This document shows positions 18,101-25,478 of a stretch of 60,394 bases of DNA, piece after piece (position 1 is the first letter of the stretch; each line of letters opens with the position of its first letter). This DNA is from a virus (lineage: Duplodnaviria > Caudoviricetes): the IMG/VR virus record IMGVR_UViG_3300037478_000635, positions 1 through 60,394 of that record; one strand, 5' to 3'. Made by a program: the position numbers and the translations under genes. The notes beneath the pieces were generated by a model that was not told where the DNA came from, did no database searches, and was given only the letters and a program-made list of their open reading frames with translations.

Positions 18101-18263
18101 GCAAATCGGCGTCGCGGCCAAGGTCGGGGCCGACTGGCAGGCGATGGAGGATCGGCCGGTGCGGTTCGGGGCGAGCCCGCTCGCGCAGGCGATCGAGCGG
18201 CTCGGTACGCCGGCCGAGGCGAGTGATGAAGAGGAGTGGGAGGAGCTGGGGCGGGTCGTATGA
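15150..18263 (+). CDS. polA: family A DNA polymerase with N-terminal UDG family 4 domain and 3'-5' exonuclease
   Basis: UDG: CSGC, VGEALG, GRPFMG, FHPSF. Exo I/II/III: SDVET, WNREYD, RYGAID. Pol: TQRLSYVNPN, motif A IDFSAIEA, motif B KHTVYGVFYG, motif C IHDSL. Confidence 0.93.
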   Translation: MPLLSKPPGCSGCALEHRGSGFAPADGPRGAWLLLVGEALGKVEALTGRPFMGDAGGMLSRLLTLLGWSRDAIRIHNAISCQPPGDWFDERAPWYHAALAHCPYLAQTLDEGPEVVVTMGGTALRRVMGFQHHKKIRVQDFHGAILRDPTNRFWVVPTFHPSFLQRGAHNLIGTVLWDLHQAEAARHGKPADAGQLVIDPPVEWFAAWVDQVVAARTQDPGAYPLTSDVETPDKAGGKDEGEITAEDRSFQILRQNFACHPDEGVTVPHVEPYTTHTRRLYASPGAIWQWNREYDHARLVAAGQLREADSPRVVDLMWLAHFLQSDLPLGLGFWAPFYSGHGPWKHLADSQPTRYGAIDGLQNHRIGFGILTDLQKLGIYAQALRHTHQLHTTCLRPAQLVGVKIDRQRLVVFKGELADKAREKLQAIQAIVPEALQPLTPKGGLTKKPLAGTQHAKASRLTRTGKPRKGKPTAEIKQELYAQAQIVEKIVLKEVLVCRTCGIVDVQRRHRCAPPQMAAIGRVEARRRGRDQQLDPGSESPTPPNIELAPASVTRYFWQEPFNPDSPPQVLAYIKARRHTPGRAKKTGADSTDRETLKRLSKTGDPFYATVLDYRAINKVKGTYVEGTERRLDAEDRLHPQPTFRPSTQRLSYVNPNITNVVADKDEQRNLAAGFRRCVVATPGCQLIEIDFSAIEAKETGWCARDPFLIRLAGLGIHSYLIALRVKDAPDLSADDATIRAHLKAIKQQAGTLLYDQVKHTVYGVFYGQTPYGLAATWPDLYPSVKLAEEHVDFMFSVLPAVRTFQHAVLDTAAHEHQLGGAQPYAFTPEGGPSPRVHGHPYQYRHWFWSIYTYRRLNATQYFRAQAKAQQQGKAAPVAEIHGQYFRIAHGPDANRAIAFYPQSIASGVLKEALLRLFAAPDHPHYLGDAYFGQTPLRAPIHDSLFLEVPFRQVDRVLETVAAEMQAPILQQPNLPEWGMGAHLQIGVAAKVGADWQAMEDRPVRFGASPLAQAIERLGTPAEASDEEEWEELGRVV

Positions 18264-18613
18264 CGCCACCGACGCTGCCGAAGCTGGTCTACGTCGCTGG
18301 GCCGTATCGCGGTCCGGATGCGTGGGCGATTGAGCAGAACATCCGCCGTGCAGAGACGCTCGCCCTTGAGATCTGGCGACTTGGTGCTGCGGCGGTTTGC
18401 CCACACGCGAACACCCGTTACTTCCAAGGCGCGGCGCCGGACGACGTCTGGCTGCTCGGCGACCTGGCGATCCTCGCTCGCTGTGACGCGCTGATCCTGA
18501 CGCGGTGCTGGCGGCAGTCGAGCGGCGCGCGAGCCGAGCGAGCGTTCGCACTGGAGCGTGGGATTCCGGTGTTTACGCGCCTGCCTGATCTGGCGCGGTG
18601 GCTGGTCGTCTAG
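18260..18613 (+). CDS. nucleoside 2-deoxyribosyltransferase-like protein (DUF4406/DUF1937 type)
   Basis: VYVAGPY, CPHAN, LARCDALI, WRQSSGARAERAFA..GIPVF. Confidence 0.75.
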   Translation: MTPPTLPKLVYVAGPYRGPDAWAIEQNIRRAETLALEIWRLGAAAVCPHANTRYFQGAAPDDVWLLGDLAILARCDALILTRCWRQSSGARAERAFALERGIPVFTRLPDLARWLVV

Positions 18614-18628
18614 CCTGATCTATATCGA

Positions 18629-21091
18629 TCACTGTGGCCGGGGCGCGCCCACCGCCCCCGGCCCGCCGCCCCGCCCAGTCTGCGGCGGGATCGCGGCCTG
18701 CGCCCCGGCCCCCGCCGCTGCCGATCGCGGGGGGCGGGCGTCGAGCAGCCCCGCCGATCGCAGCAGATCGGCGATCGCCAGCCCCGTCGGATTCGGCCCC
18801 GTCATCAGCCGCACCAGCCGCTGCGTATTCGCCGGCGAGTAGGCGGCCCACTCGATCAGGTCCTTCTCGCGCGGCCCGCGGATCAGGCGCAGCCAGGAGA
18901 GGCCGCCCCAGATCTGCGTCGGCCCGAGGACGAAGGCGCGGATGCCGTGCGCCGCCAGCTCCTCGAGCGAGGGTTGCCGGCCGGCGATGGTGGACGTACC
19001 GAAACGCAGCTCGTCGGCGGTCGGCTTGCGCGCGCCGGTGATCGCCGCCCGAGCGCCGCGGACGTCACGGGCCGCCTGCCGCGTGGCCCCCCGTGCCGAC
19101 TGCTGCGCCGCTTTGTAGGCGCTGGCGATCGTCTGCAGGTTCCGGAGCACCGTCTGCCCGGCCGAGTCGCCGTAGAAGATGTCGGCGAACTCGCGTTCGG
19201 CCGGGCCAGTGAGCTTGCCGAGCGCTGTGTCGAGGCCCTCGACGCCATCCTTCAGGAGCTGCTGATGGGTCCACGCCGACCGCACCAGATCCCAGGCACG
19301 CTGCCCTTGTGCGGGCTGCCCGCCCTCAGCCGACTGCTGGACGAGGAGATCGCGCAGCATCCGCACCGCCGTCGGCTTGTTCGGCTTGATCATCTTGATC
19401 AGTTCTTCGGGGGCCGTCTGTGCCACCTTACGCAGCCGCGCGGCGTACTCCTTCGTGTAGAGCGGGACGATGGCCTGGTAGGCGGCCGTCGCTCGGTTGT
19501 ACGGCTCGTGGCCGGCCAGGGCGCCGCGCAGCCCGCCGGCGACCTTCTGCGTCATCGACTCGACCTGTCGCTTGGTGGCCTTGTCGTAGGTACCGCGCAG
19601 CGCGTCCTGCAGCTCGACCTTCCAGAGGTGCGCGTCGTGGAAGGGGACGATGTCGTCGGCGTTGAGGATCCGGCGGAGCACGCCCATCGCCGGGTGCTTC
19701 AGGAGTTCGCGCTGCGCCGCCTGCTGGGCCGCCTCGAGCTCAGCGGCGTTTCCGCCGGCAGCCCGCAAGATGGCGGCGGCTTCGGCGCTCCCGGACGCGG
19801 CCTGCTGCTCGAGGATCTGCCGGCTGCCGACGCCGATCCCCGGCGCCTCCTGGGCAGCCGCCTCAATCGGCTCCTCGACGATCCGCCGCGGGAAGGTCGT
19901 CTCCGGCTTGGCGATCCGGTCGACGATCTGCTGCGCCTCGGCCTTCAGCGGGCTGACGTCGACCGCGGGGCCCGCGCGCGCGGCCTCGTCGACTTGCCGA
20001 CCGACGATCGTCCGGGCCTCCGCCGCCGGCCCCTGGAGGACGTCGACGGCCGCGCGCCCGGCGGCGGAGGCGGACGGGGGCTGGCCGACGCGCTGGCCGA
20101 GGTCGATGGCGGTCTGCTCGACGGTCTCTCGGCCGGAGATGCGGATATCGCTCAGTGTTTCGGTCGCCGCGTTGAGTACCGACCGCAGCCGGTCCATCGT
20201 GGCCTGCCGGGCCGAACGCAGCCCCTCGTGCGCCGCTCGGCCGACGGGGCTCGTCAGCAGCCGCCGACCGATCGCCTTGACCGGCCAGACGAGCCCCTGC
20301 CCGGCCACCTCGTAGAGGCCCTGCTGCGCGCCGGCGGTGACGATCGCGGTGCCGCTCGGCGGCTTGGTCCCAATCAGCTGCTCGCCGGTCTCCGCCAGCA
20401 TGCCGCCGCCGGCGCCACCGGCCACGGCGCCGAGCAGAGAGAGGGTGCTGGGTCCGAGGATCGCGGTCGAGGGCGGGAAGGCGATCATCGCGCCCGCGCC
20501 GGCGGCTGCCCCGGCCGCGCCTGCCAAATTCCGCCGGCCTTCCGTCGTGCGCGGGTCGAGCGACTCGGCCACCGCCCCGGCGGCCCGGCGCAGGAAACCC
20601 GGCGCCTCCGCTGGCGGGGCGGGAGGCGGCGGGGCGGCACCGCCAGGTGGCTGGGGCCGGATGATGAGCGGCGGCTCGCCAGGCAGCGTCTCGAAGCTCC
20701 CCAGGGCGGCTGTTGGCGGCCCGAGATACTTCTCCAGCTTAGCCAGCACGCTCGGCACGTAGGTCGTGTTCTCGACGACCCCGCCGTACTCGGCGAGCAC
20801 CTTCGCCGGATCCCCCTGGTGCCGATCGAGGAGTTCGCGCAGATAGCGGACGCCGCCCTGGATGTTCTGGACGGGATCGCGCGGATCGATGCCGCGCGCC
20901 TTCGCGGTCGAGGGGAGGAACTGGAAGACGCCGACGGCGCCGCCCGACTCGCCCTCGACAACCTTCGGGTTGATTGCGCCCGGGTTGAAGCCCGACTCCT
21001 GCTCAGCCACGGCGAGGGCCAGCTCAGGCGGAATGCCCGCCTTCTCGGCCTCCTCACGAATGAGATCCTGAACCCTGATCTGCTGCGGCAT
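18629..21091 (-). CDS. ejection/internal virion protein with N-terminal soluble lytic transglycosylase domain
   Basis: LAVAEQESGFNP (catalytic ES), GVFQFLPSTA, DPVQNIQGGVRYL, then long Ala/Gly helical region; last gene of the structural operon. Confidence 0.85.
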   Translation of the reverse strand: MPQQIRVQDLIREEAEKAGIPPELALAVAEQESGFNPGAINPKVVEGESGGAVGVFQFLPSTAKARGIDPRDPVQNIQGGVRYLRELLDRHQGDPAKVLAEYGGVVENTTYVPSVLAKLEKYLGPPTAALGSFETLPGEPPLIIRPQPPGGAAPPPPAPPAEAPGFLRRAAGAVAESLDPRTTEGRRNLAGAAGAAAGAGAMIAFPPSTAILGPSTLSLLGAVAGGAGGGMLAETGEQLIGTKPPSGTAIVTAGAQQGLYEVAGQGLVWPVKAIGRRLLTSPVGRAAHEGLRSARQATMDRLRSVLNAATETLSDIRISGRETVEQTAIDLGQRVGQPPSASAAGRAAVDVLQGPAAEARTIVGRQVDEAARAGPAVDVSPLKAEAQQIVDRIAKPETTFPRRIVEEPIEAAAQEAPGIGVGSRQILEQQAASGSAEAAAILRAAGGNAAELEAAQQAAQRELLKHPAMGVLRRILNADDIVPFHDAHLWKVELQDALRGTYDKATKRQVESMTQKVAGGLRGALAGHEPYNRATAAYQAIVPLYTKEYAARLRKVAQTAPEELIKMIKPNKPTAVRMLRDLLVQQSAEGGQPAQGQRAWDLVRSAWTHQQLLKDGVEGLDTALGKLTGPAEREFADIFYGDSAGQTVLRNLQTIASAYKAAQQSARGATRQAARDVRGARAAITGARKPTADELRFGTSTIAGRQPSLEELAAHGIRAFVLGPTQIWGGLSWLRLIRGPREKDLIEWAAYSPANTQRLVRLMTGPNPTGLAIADLLRSAGLLDARPPRSAAAGAGAQAAIPPQTGRGGGPGAVGAPRPQ

Positions 21092-21098
21092 GGGCAGG

Positions 21099-22811
21099 CT
21101 ACCGCTCGATGATCCAGTTGCCGCTCGCGTCCTGGAAGAAGCGGGGCGCCGTCCCGGGTGCGGCGGGCGTCGTCGTGCTGGTCGTGTCGGGTGTGTCGGT
21201 GATCCCTGCCAGCGGATTCGGCCCGAAGATCTGCTCGGGCGGGATGGCGTAGAGCGGATTGGTCGCGGTCGTGAGCAGCCGCTGGCGGACGTTCTCCAGG
21301 CCCGACTGCATGTTCTCGTCGGTGTAGAAGGTCTCCGCCGTCTTGGCGATCTCCGCGAGGACCTCCTGAGGCACGCCGACGCCGCCGCTCACCCACTGGC
21401 CGGTGTCCGCGTCGACGAGGCCGATGTACTGCGCGTACTTGCCCCGCAGCCAGTTGACGAGGGAGAGCCCCTGGGTCGACCGGGCGTACTCGGACTCGCG
21501 CACGACCGACGTCGGATCCAGCATCTTCTGGAAGGTGACGAGGACGGCCTGGCTGGCGCCGATTGGATCGGCCGTATAGCGCGCGAGGCCGTTCTGCATC
21601 AGGCCGTACTGTCGGCGCAGCTCCTGCGGCTGCGCGGTGGCCTTCGTCCAGATGGCGGCGAGATCCTGGGTCGCCTGGAAGCGCTGCTGCGTGTTGAGCG
21701 GCACCTGCGCCAGGGCGTCCCCGCGCGACGAGACAATCGCGGCGGCGCGTCCGACTTCCAGTTCCTGCGCCCGCGCATTCACGCGCTGCATCGCCTCCGG
21801 CCCCTCCGCGCGCGCCGCAGCCGCCGAGGCATACCCGAGCTCGCCCGCGGCGCGCTCCGCCCACGTCCCGAGCGAGGTCGACCCGGTCGTCGTCGAGCGC
21901 CGGAAGCCACGCGCGCGCTCGCCCGTCTGGCTGTCGAAGTGCTGCCCCGACTGCGGATCGAAGACGACCGATCCCGACTGCCAGGTGCCGTCGGGCTGGA
22001 GGATCTCGCCGAAGATCGATCGATCGGCGGCGCCCCCGCGCGCGAGCCGTTGGTACTTCTCCAGAATCGCTGCCCGCGCTTCCTCCGGGGAGGCGCCCGC
22101 CGCGACGAGGCCGGCGACTTCGCCCTCCACGTCGCCCTGGGCCTGCGCGCGGCGCTGGCCGAACATCGCCTGCTCCGGCGACTGGAAGATCTCCCGCGGG
22201 CGCTGCACGCGCCGGGACGGCGGGGCGGCCGTCCTGGTCTGCGTCGTCGAGGGAGGGAGCGCCGTGTAGGGCGGCGGGGGCGTGCCGCCCGTAGGAGGCG
22301 CCTGGGCCGCCGCCGCCGCCGGCTGGGCTCCCACGCTCCTCGACCCAGCCGGAGACGCGCTCGCGGTCACGGGCGGCACCGTCGACGCCAGCGGTGGCGC
22401 ACCCGGCTCGGTCGGGCTCATCGTCGGCTGCGCGGCGGCGCCCACGGCTGGCGGCGGCGTGCCGATCTGCGCGCGCGGCACGGACACCGGCCCGATTGGC
22501 AGGCCCGGCCCCGCCGACTCCCCGACGTCGACCATCGGCGAGAGCGCACGGATCTGCTCCAGGAAGGGGCTCGACTCGGTCTCGTACTCGCCCAGGATGC
22601 CGCGCAGCCCGCCACGCCGCTTCGGGCCCGCGACCGAGGCGAGGAGCCCGGCGGTGGCGCGCTGGCGCGTATCGGGATCGGGCGAGCTGAGGAGGGCTTC
22701 CAGGATCTTCGCCTCGCGATCCTGGCGCCCCTCGGTCAGGCGCAGCTGCTCCGCCTCATACTCGCGCTTGCGCCCGAGGAAGCCGCCGAGGAGTCCTTCG
22801 ATGTAGCCGAT
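21099..22811 (-). CDS. putative ejection (DNA transfer) protein; probable non-canonical ATC start
   Basis: Frame of the 478-aa ORF stays open 92 codons upstream (IGYIEGLLGGFLGRKREYEAEQ...), with GGAGGG 7 nt before ATC 22811; Pro/Ala/Thr-rich middle. Confidence 0.65.
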   Translation of the reverse strand: MGYIEGLLGGFLGRKREYEAEQLRLTEGRQDREAKILEALLSSPDPDTRQRATAGLLASVAGPKRRGGLRGILGEYETESSPFLEQIRALSPMVDVGESAGPGLPIGPVSVPRAQIGTPPPAVGAAAQPTMSPTEPGAPPLASTVPPVTASASPAGSRSVGAQPAAAAAQAPPTGGTPPPPYTALPPSTTQTRTAAPPSRRVQRPREIFQSPEQAMFGQRRAQAQGDVEGEVAGLVAAGASPEEARAAILEKYQRLARGGAADRSIFGEILQPDGTWQSGSVVFDPQSGQHFDSQTGERARGFRRSTTTGSTSLGTWAERAAGELGYASAAAARAEGPEAMQRVNARAQELEVGRAAAIVSSRGDALAQVPLNTQQRFQATQDLAAIWTKATAQPQELRRQYGLMQNGLARYTADPIGASQAVLVTFQKMLDPTSVVRESEYARSTQGLSLVNWLRGKYAQYIGLVDADTGQWVSGGVGVPQEVLAEIAKTAETFYTDENMQSGLENVRQRLLTTATNPLYAIPPEQIFGPNPLAGITDTPDTTSTTTPAAPGTAPRFFQDASGNWIIER

Positions 22812-22827
22812 GGCGTCACCCTCCGAT

Positions 22828-23544
22828 CTACGCTGGCCCGCCCCAGCTCGGCGCCGGGCGCGCCTGGCCGCCGCCTCCGCCGCCGCGACCGCCCGTGACC
22901 AGCTTGAGGAGGTCGAAGATCACCCCACCGAAGCCGTCCCCGAACTCCTTGCCTTCGCCCCGCGCGTACTGCCGATTGTGCGCGCCCTGCCCGAGCAGAT
23001 TGGCGAAGATACCGCCGCCAGCGGCCGTCGCCCCCACGCCCTGGCCGGCGATCCCGGCGCCCTGTCCGATCTGCGTCTGCCCAATCCCGGTCAGCGCCTG
23101 CGCCGCGCCGGGCTGCACGCCGGTGATCAGGCTCGACATTTGGCCGGCGCGCTGGCGCGAGAGCTCCGAGGTCGCCACATCGCGCGCCGCTCCCCGGACG
23201 CCGCTGCGCTCGAGCCCGCGCTCGGCGCCGCGGTAGATGTCGCTGATGGCCCCGCGTGGCGCCGACACGGCCTGGCTGGCGAGCGCCCGGTTGCCCCCGA
23301 GGAGCTTCTGGTAGTAGCTGGTCGGCTGCGCGAGCGTCTGGGCGCCCTGGCCGACCATCCCGGTGCCGGTCCCGAAGAGGCCGGCGCCTTGCGTCAGCAG
23401 GTTGCCGCCAGCCTGTTGGCCGCCGGCGAGCGCCTGCGCTTCTTCCGGCGACCGCTGCTGCGCGGCGGCGGTGGCCTTCTTCCCGCCGAAGATCCCGCCG
23501 ATTGCGCCGGCAATGGCCGGAATGAAGGGAACCACCGCGCCCAT
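22828..23544 (-). CDS. Gly/Ala/Gln-rich ejection/pilot protein
   Basis: MGAVVPFIPAIAGAIGGIFGGKK N-terminus and its position are typical of podovirus core proteins. Confidence 0.7.
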   Translation of the reverse strand: MGAVVPFIPAIAGAIGGIFGGKKATAAAQQRSPEEAQALAGGQQAGGNLLTQGAGLFGTGTGMVGQGAQTLAQPTSYYQKLLGGNRALASQAVSAPRGAISDIYRGAERGLERSGVRGAARDVATSELSRQRAGQMSSLITGVQPGAAQALTGIGQTQIGQGAGIAGQGVGATAAGGGIFANLLGQGAHNRQYARGEGKEFGDGFGGVIFDLLKLVTGGRGGGGGGQARPAPSWGGPA

Positions 23545-23547
23545 CGA

Positions 23548-23958
23548 TCAGCTCCTCGTGAAGAAGTAGAGGGCCCCGGGTGCCCGCGTGAAGCCGAAGC
23601 GCTCGAGCATCGCTTCCAGGTCCGGCCGGCCCGTCGGAACGGTCGTGTGCACCTGCTGAATGTCGTGATCGACCATCACCTGCACCCCGCCGGTGATCAG
23701 CTCGCGGAAGACGGCCGGGTTGCCCTGATCCGGCCCCGCGACCCAGAACATGTCCCAGTGGACGGCGTCAAACAGGCTGCACATCGCCACGACCTGGCCG
23801 TCCCGCTCCACGACGACTATCCGCCAGTACGCGGGGTTGGGCAAGCCCCCGGAGGCAAAGGGTTCCAGGTGGGCCACGCGGCCCCATTCCTCAGGGGGGA
23901 GGATGCGGCAGGTCAGGGAATGACCGGAGGTACGACTGGGGAGGGGCACAGGGTCCAT
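23548..23958 (-). CDS. GNAT-fold protein between tail and ejection genes
   Basis: IVVVERDGQVVAM, DQGNPAVFRELI, AMLERFGF; same position as T7 gp13/P22 gp14-like genes. Confidence 0.6.
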   Translation of the reverse strand: MDPVPLPSRTSGHSLTCRILPPEEWGRVAHLEPFASGGLPNPAYWRIVVVERDGQVVAMCSLFDAVHWDMFWVAGPDQGNPAVFRELITGGVQVMVDHDIQQVHTTVPTGRPDLEAMLERFGFTRAPGALYFFTRS

Positions 23959-23966
23959 GGTGACCG

Positions 23967-25478
23967 CTAGTCGGGGATCCCGGCATCGTCGACCAGATTG
24001 GCCGGCGCGGTTTCGAGCATCTGCGTCCTGAGCGCCTGCTCGAAATTGTCGAAGTCGAAGAAGACGTCATAGGCGCGCAGCGTGCTCTCGACCACGACGG
24101 TGAGCTTGTCCTTGCTGATCGCGCCCGAGGGGTTCTGCTGCCGCCCGGCGGTGAAGCCGGCCAGCCGCAGGTGCCAGATCATCCGGCGCAGGAGCTCCAC
24201 CGCGTTGGCCTCGCGCTCGTCGAGGGTCGCTGTCGGGTTCTTCAGCGCGGAGAATTCGTTGCCAGTCCCGCAGACGATCTGGCCGGCGCGCACCGCCGTG
24301 AGCAGGCCGCCGGTGTCGTGGCCCGTCGCGCCGGCCGCCGCGCAGCCCTCCTGCCCCGATCCGCTGTCGCCCCCGTCGGGCGGGGTGGGCGTCGGCCCGG
24401 TACCCTCGCCGACGATGGTGGTGCCGCCCTCGGTCGGCGCCTGTGAGGCGACCAGCGCCTGCTTGGCCGTGCGGTCGACGCCGGCGATATTGGCCTCGAG
24501 CGTCTGGTTGGTGGCGCGCAGCTCGTCGATCGTCGTCTGCGCCGTCTGGAGCTGCTCGGTCACGTCCCAGACCCGATCCCAGAGCAGGCGCGTCGACTGC
24601 AGCGCCGGCCAGTCCTTGATCTCGTCGACGTGCGGGTAGACGCGCCGGGGCTTGGGCGACGGCGGCTTGACAAACGGCGCCCCCGGGGAGGCCGTGGCCG
24701 GTGTGGTGCCCCCCGGGGGCGGAGGCGGCCCTGGGCCGGCCCCGAGCAGGACGCGATAGGGCCCCAGGTCGACGGCGAGCTGCGCGCCGATCGGCGTGCG
24801 GGCCGCGACGGCGATCTGCACATCGGTCGTCCCATCCGGATAGCTCGCGAGTGGCACCAGCGCGAGCTGCACCTCGAAGGCTTCCTCCGGGATCGGGGTC
24901 AGCGCCAGCGCACGATCGGTGAAGACGACCGCCGCCCCATTCTGGTTCTGCCACTGCCCGGCGACCACCGGGGTGCGCTCCATCCACCGGGCCAACTGCC
25001 ACGGGCCGACGGCGCGGCTGAACTGATCGTCGGTGCGGATCGGCACGCCGCCGATCATGTCGATGAAGCCCTGCGAGGTCAGCGCCATCCCGAGGGTGAC
25101 GAAGCCGCCGACCGGGCCGAGATCGTAGGTCGTGCCGGTGCGCTGGATCGCGAGGAGGAACTGCCCGCCGAAATGCTCCATCGCGATCGGCGCGCCCCAG
25201 GTCACGCCCAGATCGGTCACCGTCGAGGCGGTGAAGTGATAGGCGTGCCCGGTCGTATTCCCCATCGCCACCGCCTCGACGACGGTCGCCGACGCCGCGC
25301 AGCGCACCCACTGGAGGCTGCCTTCACCGGCGGCCGCGGGCGAGGTCCAGATCACCGTGCCGTCGAGCTGGGCGATCTCGACCGTCTCGCCCACGTCGTA
25401 GGCGAGGACCGGCGCCCCTTGGAAGACGGCGACGCCGGCGTAGACGCTGCCGGCCTTGATCAGCCGCGAGACGCTCAC
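23967..25478 (-). CDS. multidomain virion/tail-associated protein
   Basis: Beta-rich N-domain, Pro linker, coiled coil, globular C-domain; follows the nozzle gene. Confidence 0.6.
   Translation of the reverse strand: MSVSRLIKAGSVYAGVAVFQGAPVLAYDVGETVEIAQLDGTVIWTSPAAAGEGSLQWVRCAASATVVEAVAMGNTTGHAYHFTASTVTDLGVTWGAPIAMEHFGGQFLLAIQRTGTTYDLGPVGGFVTLGMALTSQGFIDMIGGVPIRTDDQFSRAVGPWQLARWMERTPVVAGQWQNQNGAAVVFTDRALALTPIPEEAFEVQLALVPLASYPDGTTDVQIAVAARTPIGAQLAVDLGPYRVLLGAGPGPPPPPGGTTPATASPGAPFVKPPSPKPRRVYPHVDEIKDWPALQSTRLLWDRVWDVTEQLQTAQTTIDELRATNQTLEANIAGVDRTAKQALVASQAPTEGGTTIVGEGTGPTPTPPDGGDSGSGQEGCAAAGATGHDTGGLLTAVRAGQIVCGTGNEFSALKNPTATLDEREANAVELLRRMIWHLRLAGFTAGRQQNPSGAISKDKLTVVVESTLRAYDVFFDFDNFEQALRTQMLETAPANLVDDAGIPD

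Noticed and set aside
488-18613. 7-deazaguanine, Z-base or hmC/hmU DNA-modification pathway
   Set aside because: No recognisable folE/queCDE/dpdA, purZ, TET/JBP or thymidylate-synthase-like gene in the window
18610-18632. Terminator at the convergence of the replication and structural arms
   Set aside because: Only a 15-nt gap with a weak GATC-containing palindrome; no GC stem with U-tract
18947-22898. Very long + strand ORFs (721 aa, 602 aa; also 27596-30394 and 41827-43572) opposite the structural genes
   Set aside because: Arg/Gly/Ala-rich, with no RBS or motifs; these are antisense shadows expected from strong GC3 bias of the real - strand genes
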